Shown one piece after another: positions 9,316-17,768 of a DNA stretch of 64,000 bases (its first letter is position 1; every line of letters starts with the position of its first letter). Below the pieces are notes generated by a model. That model had not been told where the DNA came from. It did not search any database and saw only the letters and a program-made list of their open reading frames with translations. The translations under genes and the position numbers were made by a program. Source of the stretch: a virus; IMG/VR virus record IMGVR_UViG_3300029305_000349, positions 4,246 through 68,245 of that record. The stretch is one strand, 5' to 3'.

Positions 9316-10263
9316 ATGGAAACTAAATTAAATTATGACGATATGCTTTTGGGCGAAGCTTTGATACACGCGGCTATGTCTAAAGAAGAACTTGAGCATC
9401 ATGGTATAAAAGGTCAGAAATGGGGAGTACGTCGATTCCAGAATAAAGACGGAAGTTTGACACCTCTTGGCAAAACTCGTTACAGTGGAGAATACAAACT
9501 CAAGTATGAATCGCCGATGACGGATACTGTCAAATCGTTCGCTAAGAATTTTGCGTCACACACATTAGCATCTTTAATACCTGGCTATGCTACTGTTCAC
9601 AACGCTTTCGTACTAGCATCTTACGCAACAACCATTCGAAATACAATTGATGGTAAAGATTACACTAAATCGGAAGGCTCTCTCGAGAAATTGTCAGATT
9701 TAAAGAAAAAATCAGACACCCAATCGAATGATATTTCTGTCGATGTTAAAAAAGTAAATCCTCGTTTCGGACAACAGGCTGGTAAAGTTAATAATTGTAT
9801 GTATTGTTCTGCCACTATGGAAATGAGACAGCGAGGGTACGACGTTATCGCTAGGTCTAAAGCTAAAGGTACATATACGAGCGCGTTTAAAGAATGGTTT
9901 GATGGTGTGGATATTGTCAAACCTAATGTACAGCGTAACCCTAAAGAATCTCGTAAAAACTATACCCAACGAGTATACAACCAAGTATGTAACGATATCG
10001 AGAAGTTTGGTAACGGTGCACGAGGCTTTGTAACGGTTGCATATGAAAAAGTAAATTCCGGCCACGCTATGTATTGGAAAGTCGATAACGGCCGTGTGTC
10101 TTTTTATGATGGGCAAAACGGTTCTACAAAAAACGATAGAATTTTCGGCCTTTCGAATGCTGCTAGTTACGCATACGGACGATTAGATAATTGTAAGTTG
10201 AAAGATGGAGTCACGGAAGTATGTCGAAGTAATCCGTTCAAGGAAAAGGAGAAGAAGAAATGA
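9316..10263 (+). CDS. HHGIKGQKWG-motif protein with C-terminal papain-fold toxin/deamidase-like domain
   Basis: N-terminal HHGIKGQKWGVRRFQNKDGSLT; NNCMYC...RGYDVIA, SGHAMYW and FYDGQNG give a Cys/His/Asp pattern of Tox-PL type. Confidence 0.7.
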   Translation: METKLNYDDMLLGEALIHAAMSKEELEHHGIKGQKWGVRRFQNKDGSLTPLGKTRYSGEYKLKYESPMTDTVKSFAKNFASHTLASLIPGYATVHNAFVLASYATTIRNTIDGKDYTKSEGSLEKLSDLKKKSDTQSNDISVDVKKVNPRFGQQAGKVNNCMYCSATMEMRQRGYDVIARSKAKGTYTSAFKEWFDGVDIVKPNVQRNPKESRKNYTQRVYNQVCNDIEKFGNGARGFVTVAYEKVNSGHAMYWKVDNGRVSFYDGQNGSTKNDRIFGLSNAASYAYGRLDNCKLKDGVTEVCRSNPFKEKEKKK

Positions 10264-10514
10264 CAGCTAAGGAAGCTTATAAGATCATTATAAATAAGAA
10301 TCCTACGATGTATACTCGTAGTTGTTTGGATTTTGGATCGTTTTTCGCGTTCTGTTTGGCTCCTATATATATTCCGGAAGACGAGGATTATTTGGCAGGT
10401 ACCGTGTTGGATGCAGTCGAGAAAAGAACAGGACGTGTTTTCGAACACGATTTCATGTCAGACATGTCTTTATTCGATCGGGCTAAATCCATAGATGTGA
10501 AAACTTTGGTGTAG
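10260..10514 (+). CDS. small protein, candidate immunity/partner of the upstream toxin-like gene
   Basis: 84 aa, overlaps the upstream stop codon (translational coupling). Confidence 0.45.
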   Translation: MTAKEAYKIIINKNPTMYTRSCLDFGSFFAFCLAPIYIPEDEDYLAGTVLDAVEKRTGRVFEHDFMSDMSLFDRAKSIDVKTLV

Positions 10515-10535
10515 TCGTAAGGAGGAAAATTCAAA

Positions 10536-11837
10536 ATGGAATTAAATTTTCGTTCCAGGCTTATGCATGGTTGGAACGCTTTCCGGGCAAATCGAGACCC
10601 GACACTGTTCATGAACGCCAGTTACGGTCAGTCTTCCTATCATAGACCTGATCGACCTAGACTTTCTTTAGGTAACGAGAAGTCTATTCTTACTACGATC
10701 ATGACTCGTATCGCTCTCGACGCTGCGAGTATGGAGATAGTCCACTGTCGACTCGACGAGAACGGTAGATTTGCAGAGCAGATCAATTCTGGACTAAACA
10801 ATTGCTTAACTCTCGAAGCCAATATCGATCAAACAGGTCGTGCATTTCTGTTCGATGTCTTTTTGTCGTGTCTTAATGAGGGTTGTATTGCAATTGTGCC
10901 AGTCGACACCGATATCGATCCGACTGATACTAGCAGTTATACAATCGAAACCATGCGAGTTGGTAAGGTAACTCAGTGGTATCCGAAACACATAGAAGTC
11001 TACTTATACAATGAAGAGACTGGCGAGAAGGAAACCGTTAAAGTACCTAAGAAGATGGCTGCTATTGTGGAAAATCCGTTCTACTCAATCATGAATGAAC
11101 CAAATTCCTCATTCCAGCGATTAAGAAAGACTTTAGCACATCTCGATTTGTACAACGATCGCAACAGTTCCAACAAACTCGATTTGCTTATTCAGTTGCC
11201 GTACACTATCAAATCCGACAAGCGTAAGGAGCAGGCTGAAAAACGACATAAAGAGATCGAAATGCAGCTTACTACATCCGAATATGGAATCGCTTACATT
11301 GATGGTACCGAGAAGGTAACACAGCTTAATCGACCGGTCGAGAACAATCTTCTGAAGCAGGCTGAATACTTAATGAATGAAGTATACACTCAGCTGTGTA
11401 TGACTCAGGGTGTTCTGGATGGTACAGCTGATGAGGCGACAATGCTAAACTACTATTCTCGAATAATCGAACCTTTAGTAGCAGCAGTTGTAGATGAGAT
11501 GAAGCGTACTTTCCTTAGCAAGACGGCTCGTACAAAGAAGCAGTCGATCGAGTTCTTCAGAGATCCGTTCAAGTTGGTACCGGTTGCTAATCTGGCAGAC
11601 ATTGCTGACAAGTTTACCAGAAATGAGATTCTGTCTTCCAACGAGTTGAGACAGATTATCGGATTCAAGCCATCTAAAGACCCTAAAGCCGATCAGTTGA
11701 TTAACAGTAATGTTCGTCAGCCGGAAGAAACTGATAAGAAGGAAGATGAAGAGGCTGAAGACGAGAAAGTAAAGAAAGAGGAACCGAAGAAGGTCCCTGA
11801 CAACAAAAAGAAGAAGGAGAAAAATCAAAATGGTTAA
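10536..11837 (+). CDS. portal protein
   Basis: 433 aa between terL and protease/capsid; HK97-like pattern ending in SSNELRQIIG. Confidence 0.9.
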   Translation: MELNFRSRLMHGWNAFRANRDPTLFMNASYGQSSYHRPDRPRLSLGNEKSILTTIMTRIALDAASMEIVHCRLDENGRFAEQINSGLNNCLTLEANIDQTGRAFLFDVFLSCLNEGCIAIVPVDTDIDPTDTSSYTIETMRVGKVTQWYPKHIEVYLYNEETGEKETVKVPKKMAAIVENPFYSIMNEPNSSFQRLRKTLAHLDLYNDRNSSNKLDLLIQLPYTIKSDKRKEQAEKRHKEIEMQLTTSEYGIAYIDGTEKVTQLNRPVENNLLKQAEYLMNEVYTQLCMTQGVLDGTADEATMLNYYSRIIEPLVAAVVDEMKRTFLSKTARTKKQSIEFFRDPFKLVPVANLADIADKFTRNEILSSNELRQIIGFKPSKDPKADQLINSNVRQPEETDKKEDEEAEDEKVKKEEPKKVPDNKKKKEKNQNG

Positions 11838-13590
11838 TTACGATTTTTCCGGATGGGCGACTAAATTCGACGTAAAGTGTTCTGATGGTCGTATCATTCG
11901 CAAAGATGCTTTTAAGCACCATGATGGCCAGAAGGTTCCGCTGGTTTGGAATCATTCCCATGATAATCCAGACAGAGTACTAGGCCAGGCAATTCTTGAG
12001 CATCGCGACGAAGGAGTTATGGCTTACTGTACATTCAACAATTCTGACTCGGCTCAGTATGCGAAGGAAGCTGTAATCCACGGCGATGTTACTGCTCTGT
12101 CTATTTATGCTAATCAGCTTAAACAGCAGGGTCCAAACGTTATGCACGGTAACATTCGTGAGGTCAGCTTAGTTCTGGCTGGCGCTAATATGGGTGCCAC
12201 AATCGTTGATGTTATCAAACACAGCGATACTTGTGATGGCGAGGCTATCATCTATTGTGATGACGATGAGAGTCTCGAGATGTACCACGCAGATGATGCG
12301 AGTGAAACAGACGATGAAGAAACCATCGCTGATGTTATAAACAGTTTCACTGAAAAACAGAAAACAGTGTTCTACGCACTGCTCGGTAAAGCTCTTAAAC
12401 ATGACGCTACCGATGATGACAATGAGGAGGATAATGAAATGAAGCACAATGTATTCGACAAGGAAGATCAGAAGAATTCTGTAGTTCTGAGTCATGCCGA
12501 TCAGAAGGCTATCATCGAGCTGGCTAAGAGCTCCGGAGTAGGTAGTCTGAAGGAGGCAATGAAGATTTACGCAAGTGAGCATAAGGATACCCTGGCTCAC
12601 GCTGGTTGGGAAGATATTACTCAGCTGTTCCCGGATTATAAGGATCTGCACTCCGGCGCTCCGGAACTGCTCGAGAGAGACCAGAGCTGGATTGGCGCTG
12701 TAATGAGAAAGACTCGTAAGAGCCCGATTTCCCGTATTCGTACCCGTCAGGCAGACGCCCGTGCGAATGAGCTGAGAGCAAAGGGTTATAACGACCGTGA
12801 GGTTGCTAAGAAGCTCTCTGGTTCCCTGAAGCTTATCATGAGAACAACCGATCCGCAGACTGTTTACCGTAGAGATGAACTGCATCGCGATGATATTATC
12901 GACATCACCGATTTCGATGTAGTTTCCTACCAGAAGACAGTTATGAAGCACAACATGGAAGAGGAGATCGCTCTGGCAGCACTTGTTGGTGATGGTCGTG
13001 AGGATACCGATCCGGATAAGATCCACGAGGCTCATATCCGTTCCGTATGGAATGACGATGAGATGTACACAATTCACTACGATGTAGACTATGCAGCAGC
13101 TGAGGCTGAGCTTCAGGGTACAGAGACCGGCGCTCACTTTGGTGAGAACTATATCTGGGCTGAGGCATTCGTAACTGCGTCCCTGTACTCCCGTGAGAAG
13201 TATAAGGGTAAGGGTCAGGTAGATATGTACTGTACACCGCACATGCTGAACGTCATGCTGTTGGCTCGTGACCTGAACGGTCGTCGTATCTACGATTCTA
13301 AGGCTGACCTGGCTAAGGCGCTGAACGTTGGTGAGATTCATACTGTTGAGCAGTTCGAGGGTCTGACCAGAACTACCGAGGATGGCAAGAAGAAGAAGCT
13401 CCTGGCTCTTATGGTTAACATGAACAACTACCAGTTCGGTTGCACTAAGGGTGGCGAGCTGACCAACTTCGAGGAATTCGATATCGACTTCAATAAGTAC
13501 AAGTATCTTATGGAGACTCGTCTGTCTGGTTCCCTGATCGACCTGTGGTCTGCTATCGCACTGGAAGAGGACGTTACCGACAACGCCTAA
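11830..13590 (+). CDS. prohead protease - major capsid protein fusion
   Basis: HK97-type protease motifs VPLVWNH, LSIYA, IREVSLV, then an acidic linker and capsid domain; internal RBS and ATG at 12439. Confidence 0.9.
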   Translation: MVNYDFSGWATKFDVKCSDGRIIRKDAFKHHDGQKVPLVWNHSHDNPDRVLGQAILEHRDEGVMAYCTFNNSDSAQYAKEAVIHGDVTALSIYANQLKQQGPNVMHGNIREVSLVLAGANMGATIVDVIKHSDTCDGEAIIYCDDDESLEMYHADDASETDDEETIADVINSFTEKQKTVFYALLGKALKHDATDDDNEEDNEMKHNVFDKEDQKNSVVLSHADQKAIIELAKSSGVGSLKEAMKIYASEHKDTLAHAGWEDITQLFPDYKDLHSGAPELLERDQSWIGAVMRKTRKSPISRIRTRQADARANELRAKGYNDREVAKKLSGSLKLIMRTTDPQTVYRRDELHRDDIIDITDFDVVSYQKTVMKHNMEEEIALAALVGDGREDTDPDKIHEAHIRSVWNDDEMYTIHYDVDYAAAEAELQGTETGAHFGENYIWAEAFVTASLYSREKYKGKGQVDMYCTPHMLNVMLLARDLNGRRIYDSKADLAKALNVGEIHTVEQFEGLTRTTEDGKKKKLLALMVNMNNYQFGCTKGGELTNFEEFDIDFNKYKYLMETRLSGSLIDLWSAIALEEDVTDNA

Positions 13591-13627
13591 GTTCTAAGGA
13601 TCGTAAATTCAAAATGGAGTGATAAGA

Positions 13628-13951
13628 ATGGCTAAATGGTTTGGAAAGATCGGCTATGCCGAAACGGTTGATACTGGACACGGTATTTGGGAGCCGCAGT
13701 ATTCGGAACGCTACTACTATGGCGATATGATCCCAGTGATTCGACGATTGGAGAGTTCTGGCTCAGTCAATGACAACATTGATATTTCGAATAAGATCAG
13801 CGTTGTTTCCGATCCATATGCCATTCAACACTTCCACGCGATGAAGTATGCTGAAATCTCAGGTGTGAACTGGAAGGTTACGAGTGTTGAGGTTCAGTAT
13901 CCAAGATTAATTCTCACATTAGGAGGTTTGTATAATGGACAGACAGGGTGA
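13628..13951 (+). CDS. head closure/head-tail joining protein
   Basis: Position after capsid; WKVTSVEVQYPRLILTLG beta-rich end. Confidence 0.6.
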   Translation: MAKWFGKIGYAETVDTGHGIWEPQYSERYYYGDMIPVIRRLESSGSVNDNIDISNKISVVSDPYAIQHFHAMKYAEISGVNWKVTSVEVQYPRLILTLGGLYNGQTG

Positions 13952-14237
13952 GTTGCAGACTCTATTCGAAGAGTTACTCGGAAGCTCCAATGTTTATTAT
14001 CAGCCTCCGGAGAATTTAAAAATGAAATACCCGGCTATTAGTTACTACAAAACTACGATTACTGTTCGTAGAGCTAATAACGCTGGGTATATTATACAAC
14101 CATGTTTTAGAGTCGTCGTGATAGATCATAAACCTGACAATGCAGTCATTGAGAAATTGATGCACCTGCCGTATTGTAATTACGAAACGCACTATGTTGC
14201 TGATAATCTTCATCACGACGCTTTAATATTATATTAA
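13935..14237 (+). CDS. tail terminator-like protein
   Basis: VYYQPP..MKYPAISY motif just before the major tail gene. Confidence 0.65.
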   Translation: MDRQGELQTLFEELLGSSNVYYQPPENLKMKYPAISYYKTTITVRRANNAGYIIQPCFRVVVIDHKPDNAVIEKLMHLPYCNYETHYVADNLHHDALILY

Positions 14238-14254
14238 CAGGAGGAATAATTACT

Positions 14255-14920
14255 ATGCCTAGATTAGAATGGGATAAGGTCGGCGAGCGTTTATACGAAA
14301 CCGGTGTCGATCGTGGTGTACTGTTTGTAATGGGTGCAGAGAATAAGTATGGCGCGGGTGTACCGTGGAATGGCCTGTCCGGCGTAACTTCTAGTCCGTC
14401 TGGAGCAGAGCTTACACCATTATATGCGAATAATCATAAGTACGTTAACATGCAGTCCGCAGAGGAATACGGATGTACTATCACTGCTTACACATCTCCG
14501 ACAGAGTTCGACGAGTGTGATGGTTCAGTAGCTCCGGTTGCAGGCGTTAAGCTGGGTCAGCAGAAGCGTAAGACCTTCGGCTTCTCTTACAGAACTCTTA
14601 TCGGTAACGATACCGAGGGTACAAAGCATGGATACATCATCCATCTCGTATATGGTTGTCTGGCTGCTCCGAGTGAGAGAGCTTACACGACTGTTAACGA
14701 CAGTCCGGAGGCACTTGAACTGTCTTGGGAAGTATCCACTACTCCGGTAGAGATTGCTGGATTTGAGCCGGTCGCTACAATCGACATCGAATCTACAAGT
14801 CTCGATCCTGATAAGCTTAAGGCGCTCGAGGATAAGCTGTATGGTAGTGAGTCTGGTACATCCGAGTTGCCGATGCCGGATGAGGTTCTGACTCTGTGTG
14901 GTTATACTACAGCAGCGTGA
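14255..14920 (+). CDS. major tail protein
   Basis: LEWDKVGERLYETGVDRGVL..GVPWNGL, TVNDSPEA; typical siphovirus tail tube. Confidence 0.85.
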   Translation: MPRLEWDKVGERLYETGVDRGVLFVMGAENKYGAGVPWNGLSGVTSSPSGAELTPLYANNHKYVNMQSAEEYGCTITAYTSPTEFDECDGSVAPVAGVKLGQQKRKTFGFSYRTLIGNDTEGTKHGYIIHLVYGCLAAPSERAYTTVNDSPEALELSWEVSTTPVEIAGFEPVATIDIESTSLDPDKLKALEDKLYGSESGTSELPMPDEVLTLCGYTTAA

Positions 14921-14936
14921 TCGATAATGTAATCTT

Positions 14937-14970
14937 AAGGGCCTCACTTCAAAATGGTGGGGCTCTTCTT
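14937..14970 (+). terminator. intrinsic terminator-like hairpin after the major tail gene with TTCAAAATG in its loop
   Basis: AAGGGCCTCAC-TTCAAAATG-GTGGGGCTCTT-CTT. Confidence 0.65.
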
Positions 14971-14990
14971 AAATCGAAAGGAGAAAAATA

Positions 14991-15386
14991 ATGCTTAAGA
15001 AGACTATTAAGTATGTAGATTTTAACGGTAAAGAAAGAGAAGAAGATTTCTGGTTCAATTTAAACAAGGCCGAGCTTATGGAAATGGAGATGAGTGTTTC
15101 CGGCGGTCTTGCAGCTACAATTCGGTGTGTCAGTGCGGCACAGGACACTCCGTCTATTATCAAGCTGTTTAAGGATCTGATCCTGAAGGCTTACGGTATT
15201 AAGTCTCTTGACGGTAGAGAGTTCGAGAAGTCCCCGGAGATTTCCAGAAAGTTCGCACAGACAAATGCATATTCCGAGCTGTTTATGGAGCTGGCTACGA
15301 ATGCTGACGCAGCGGCTGAGTTCGTTAATGGTATCGTACCGAAGGGTATGCAGCAGAATGGACCGGCACTGGTTCAGAAGCACTAA
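14991..15386 (+). CDS. tail assembly chaperone
   Basis: Follows the major tail gene; MLKKTIKYVDFNG..EDFWFNL. Confidence 0.65.
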   Translation: MLKKTIKYVDFNGKEREEDFWFNLNKAELMEMEMSVSGGLAATIRCVSAAQDTPSIIKLFKDLILKAYGIKSLDGREFEKSPEISRKFAQTNAYSELFMELATNADAAAEFVNGIVPKGMQQNGPALVQKH

Positions 15387-15411
15387 CTTTGAAAGTACTG
15401 GAGGCGAGTAA

Positions 15412-15954
15412 ATGTTAACCATTCTAGTTCCTGCGATTGAATATTGGGACGAGGTTAATGAGATATTTGTGTCAGGTGAAAAGACCGAGTTACATCTCGA
15501 ACATTCACTCGTCTCTGTTCAGAAATGGGAGTCCAAATGGGGTAAGGCGTTCTTAAGTAAAGCAGCTAAAACCGCTGAGGAAACCATTGATTATATAAAA
15601 TGTATGTTGCTAGAAGACGTTGAAATGAGCGTCATTCATCGACTTACTAAAGAAAACATCGACGCAATTAACGATTACATAGCGGCGCCTATGACAGCTA
15701 CCACATTTCCGGATAAGGGTTCTAAAGGCAACAAAACTGGTGAATTAGTAACTGCTGAAATCATCTATTATTGGATGGTATCGTTAAACATCCCACTCGA
15801 ATGTGAGAACTGGCACCTTAATCGACTGATAACACTTATTCGAGTATGCGATGTTAAGAGTCAGCCGGCTAAGAAGATGAAGGGCGCTGAACTTGCGAAG
15901 AGTAACGCAGCTATCAATAGAGCACGAAGAAAGAAGTACAACACGAATGGATAA
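15412..15954 (+). CDS. second tail assembly chaperone-like protein
   Basis: Position; LEHSLVSVQKWESKW, WHLNRLITLI. Confidence 0.55.
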   Translation: MLTILVPAIEYWDEVNEIFVSGEKTELHLEHSLVSVQKWESKWGKAFLSKAAKTAEETIDYIKCMLLEDVEMSVIHRLTKENIDAINDYIAAPMTATTFPDKGSKGNKTGELVTAEIIYYWMVSLNIPLECENWHLNRLITLIRVCDVKSQPAKKMKGAELAKSNAAINRARRKKYNTNG

Positions 15955-17377
15955 GGAAATGTTAATCGAAATAGCGAAAACCGTATACGCCGAGGCGGGT
16001 GTTATGCGTGGTTGCTATAACGCGTACGTAGCTGTAGCCCAATGTATCAAGAACATCTATGAAGATGAGATACACGACCTCGCAAAAGTACTTGAGGAGT
16101 GTTTTACAGAGGTTTACGACTACTACGATTACATGTCGTATCAGGCTGCGGTCGATGTTTTCTGCAGAGGAGTTGTTAGAATTCAAAATGGAAGAATCTA
16201 TCAGTTCCGAAGCTTCAAAAAATACTCAGATGGCAATGGCAATCCTGATTGGGACAAACTTGCTGATCTGAAGAAAAATTACGATTACCTGGGAAGTGAC
16301 TCTATCTCTAACGAGTGGGGTCACTTTTATTTTGGTAAATGGAAACAAGGAGCGATTGATATGTACATCAATGATTCTTATGTTAACAATAATAAAAACA
16401 ATTATACGGTGGCTTCCCGAGGTAAGGACGCTATCGATTATATTGTAATTCACTACACCGCGAATCCGGGTTCCACTGCGGCCGCTAATGCTAGTTACTA
16501 CCAGTCTGGAGATACGAATGGCGTTTCAGCCCATTATTTCGTCGACGAGAAAGGTATTTGGCGTGGCGTTCGTGAGAAAGATATTGCCGGTCATTGCGGT
16601 AAGTGGGCTAACTCTACTTATCTGACAGACTGTAGAAACGCTAACAGTATCGGTATCGAGCTGTGTTGCAAATCTATGTCTGGTATGAAAGCGAGTCAGC
16701 TGACGGGTAGAGAAACCGATCTGTACATTGAACCGCAGACGATCGATTATGCTGTCGAGTTGGTGAAAGATATTATGTCCAGATACGGAATTAAAGTCGA
16801 TCATGTCATTCGTCACTATGACGTTCACAGTGGTAGAAAGCTGTGCCCGAGACCATTCGTTGGCGACGACATCAACCAGTATTACAAGATTTCAGGTAAT
16901 GCTAAATGGAAGGACTTCCTTAAGCGTCTTGACAGTTCCACCGAATCTGAAGTGGTTCCGGAAGCGCACGTCCCAGCAGCACCGTTCTTTGTAAAGGTTT
17001 TGGTCCCGGATCTTAATATTCGCTCGACTCCTACGATGGCTGATAATATCGTCGGTCAGACCGGTAAAGGTATCTTCACGATTACTGAAGTATCCAACAG
17101 GGGTTGGGGTAAACTTGCTTCTGGAGCTGGATACATTTGGTTGGGTAACGCGAATTATTGTACGATTCTAGACACCCCACTCAAAGTACGAGTTAGCATC
17201 CACGATTTGAATATTCGTACGGGCCCAGGAACTAACTACACTAAAACCGGAGAAACTACTGGAGTTGGAACATTCACGATTACTGAACTTAAAGTCGGTA
17301 AGGGTTCTAACACTCTTTGGGGTTGTCTTAAGTCTGGTGCCGGTTGGATTTCTATGGACTACGCGACTATCGTTTGA
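15947..17377 (+). CDS. endolysin: SleB-like hydrolase domain, Amidase_2 and two SH3-like domains
   Basis: IAKTVYAEAG; YIVIHYTA, VSAHYFVD, NANSIGIE, VIRHYDV..K.CP; two LNIRxxP...WGxLxSGAGW repeats. Confidence 0.85.
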   Translation: MDKEMLIEIAKTVYAEAGVMRGCYNAYVAVAQCIKNIYEDEIHDLAKVLEECFTEVYDYYDYMSYQAAVDVFCRGVVRIQNGRIYQFRSFKKYSDGNGNPDWDKLADLKKNYDYLGSDSISNEWGHFYFGKWKQGAIDMYINDSYVNNNKNNYTVASRGKDAIDYIVIHYTANPGSTAAANASYYQSGDTNGVSAHYFVDEKGIWRGVREKDIAGHCGKWANSTYLTDCRNANSIGIELCCKSMSGMKASQLTGRETDLYIEPQTIDYAVELVKDIMSRYGIKVDHVIRHYDVHSGRKLCPRPFVGDDINQYYKISGNAKWKDFLKRLDSSTESEVVPEAHVPAAPFFVKVLVPDLNIRSTPTMADNIVGQTGKGIFTITEVSNRGWGKLASGAGYIWLGNANYCTILDTPLKVRVSIHDLNIRTGPGTNYTKTGETTGVGTFTITELKVGKGSNTLWGCLKSGAGWISMDYATIV

Positions 17378-17390
17378 AAGGGATAACGAC

Positions 17391-17768
17391 ATGATAAGTT
17401 TCAGACACAAGGGTGACTTTTCTAAGTCAGCTAATTACTTGACAAAAGTTAAGAACGCTGTTCGTCTTGGCGATCTGGATAAGTACGGACGTGAAGGCGT
17501 AAAAGCCCTTGCGTCTGCGACTCCGGTCGATACTGGATTGACCGCTGCTTCGTGGGAGTACAAGATTAGTCGGTCGCCTAATTCGATAACGATCAGTTTC
17601 AACAACACAAATATTCAAAATGGAGTTCCAATTGCCATAATTTTGTACTATGGTCACGGAACTAAAAACGGAGGATGGGTTCAAGGTAGAGACTACATCA
17701 AACCGGCCATTCGTCCGATATTTGACAGAATTACAGCTAGCGCCTGGGAGGAGGTAACTAAGTTATGA
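17391..17768 (+). CDS. HK97 gp10-like tail completion protein
   Basis: TPVDTG...YGHGT...YIKPAI motif. Confidence 0.75.
   Translation: MISFRHKGDFSKSANYLTKVKNAVRLGDLDKYGREGVKALASATPVDTGLTAASWEYKISRSPNSITISFNNTNIQNGVPIAIILYYGHGTKNGGWVQGRDYIKPAIRPIFDRITASAWEEVTKL

Noticed and set aside
12169-13341. 390-aa minus-strand ORF and other long antisense ORFs (e.g. 21160-22275, 20170-20856)
   Set aside because: Shadows of the codon-biased capsid and tape measure genes; no RBS or recognisable motifs
15340-15420. Programmed frameshift between the tail chaperones
   Set aside because: The second ORF has its own GGAGG RBS and ATG; no clear slippery heptamer
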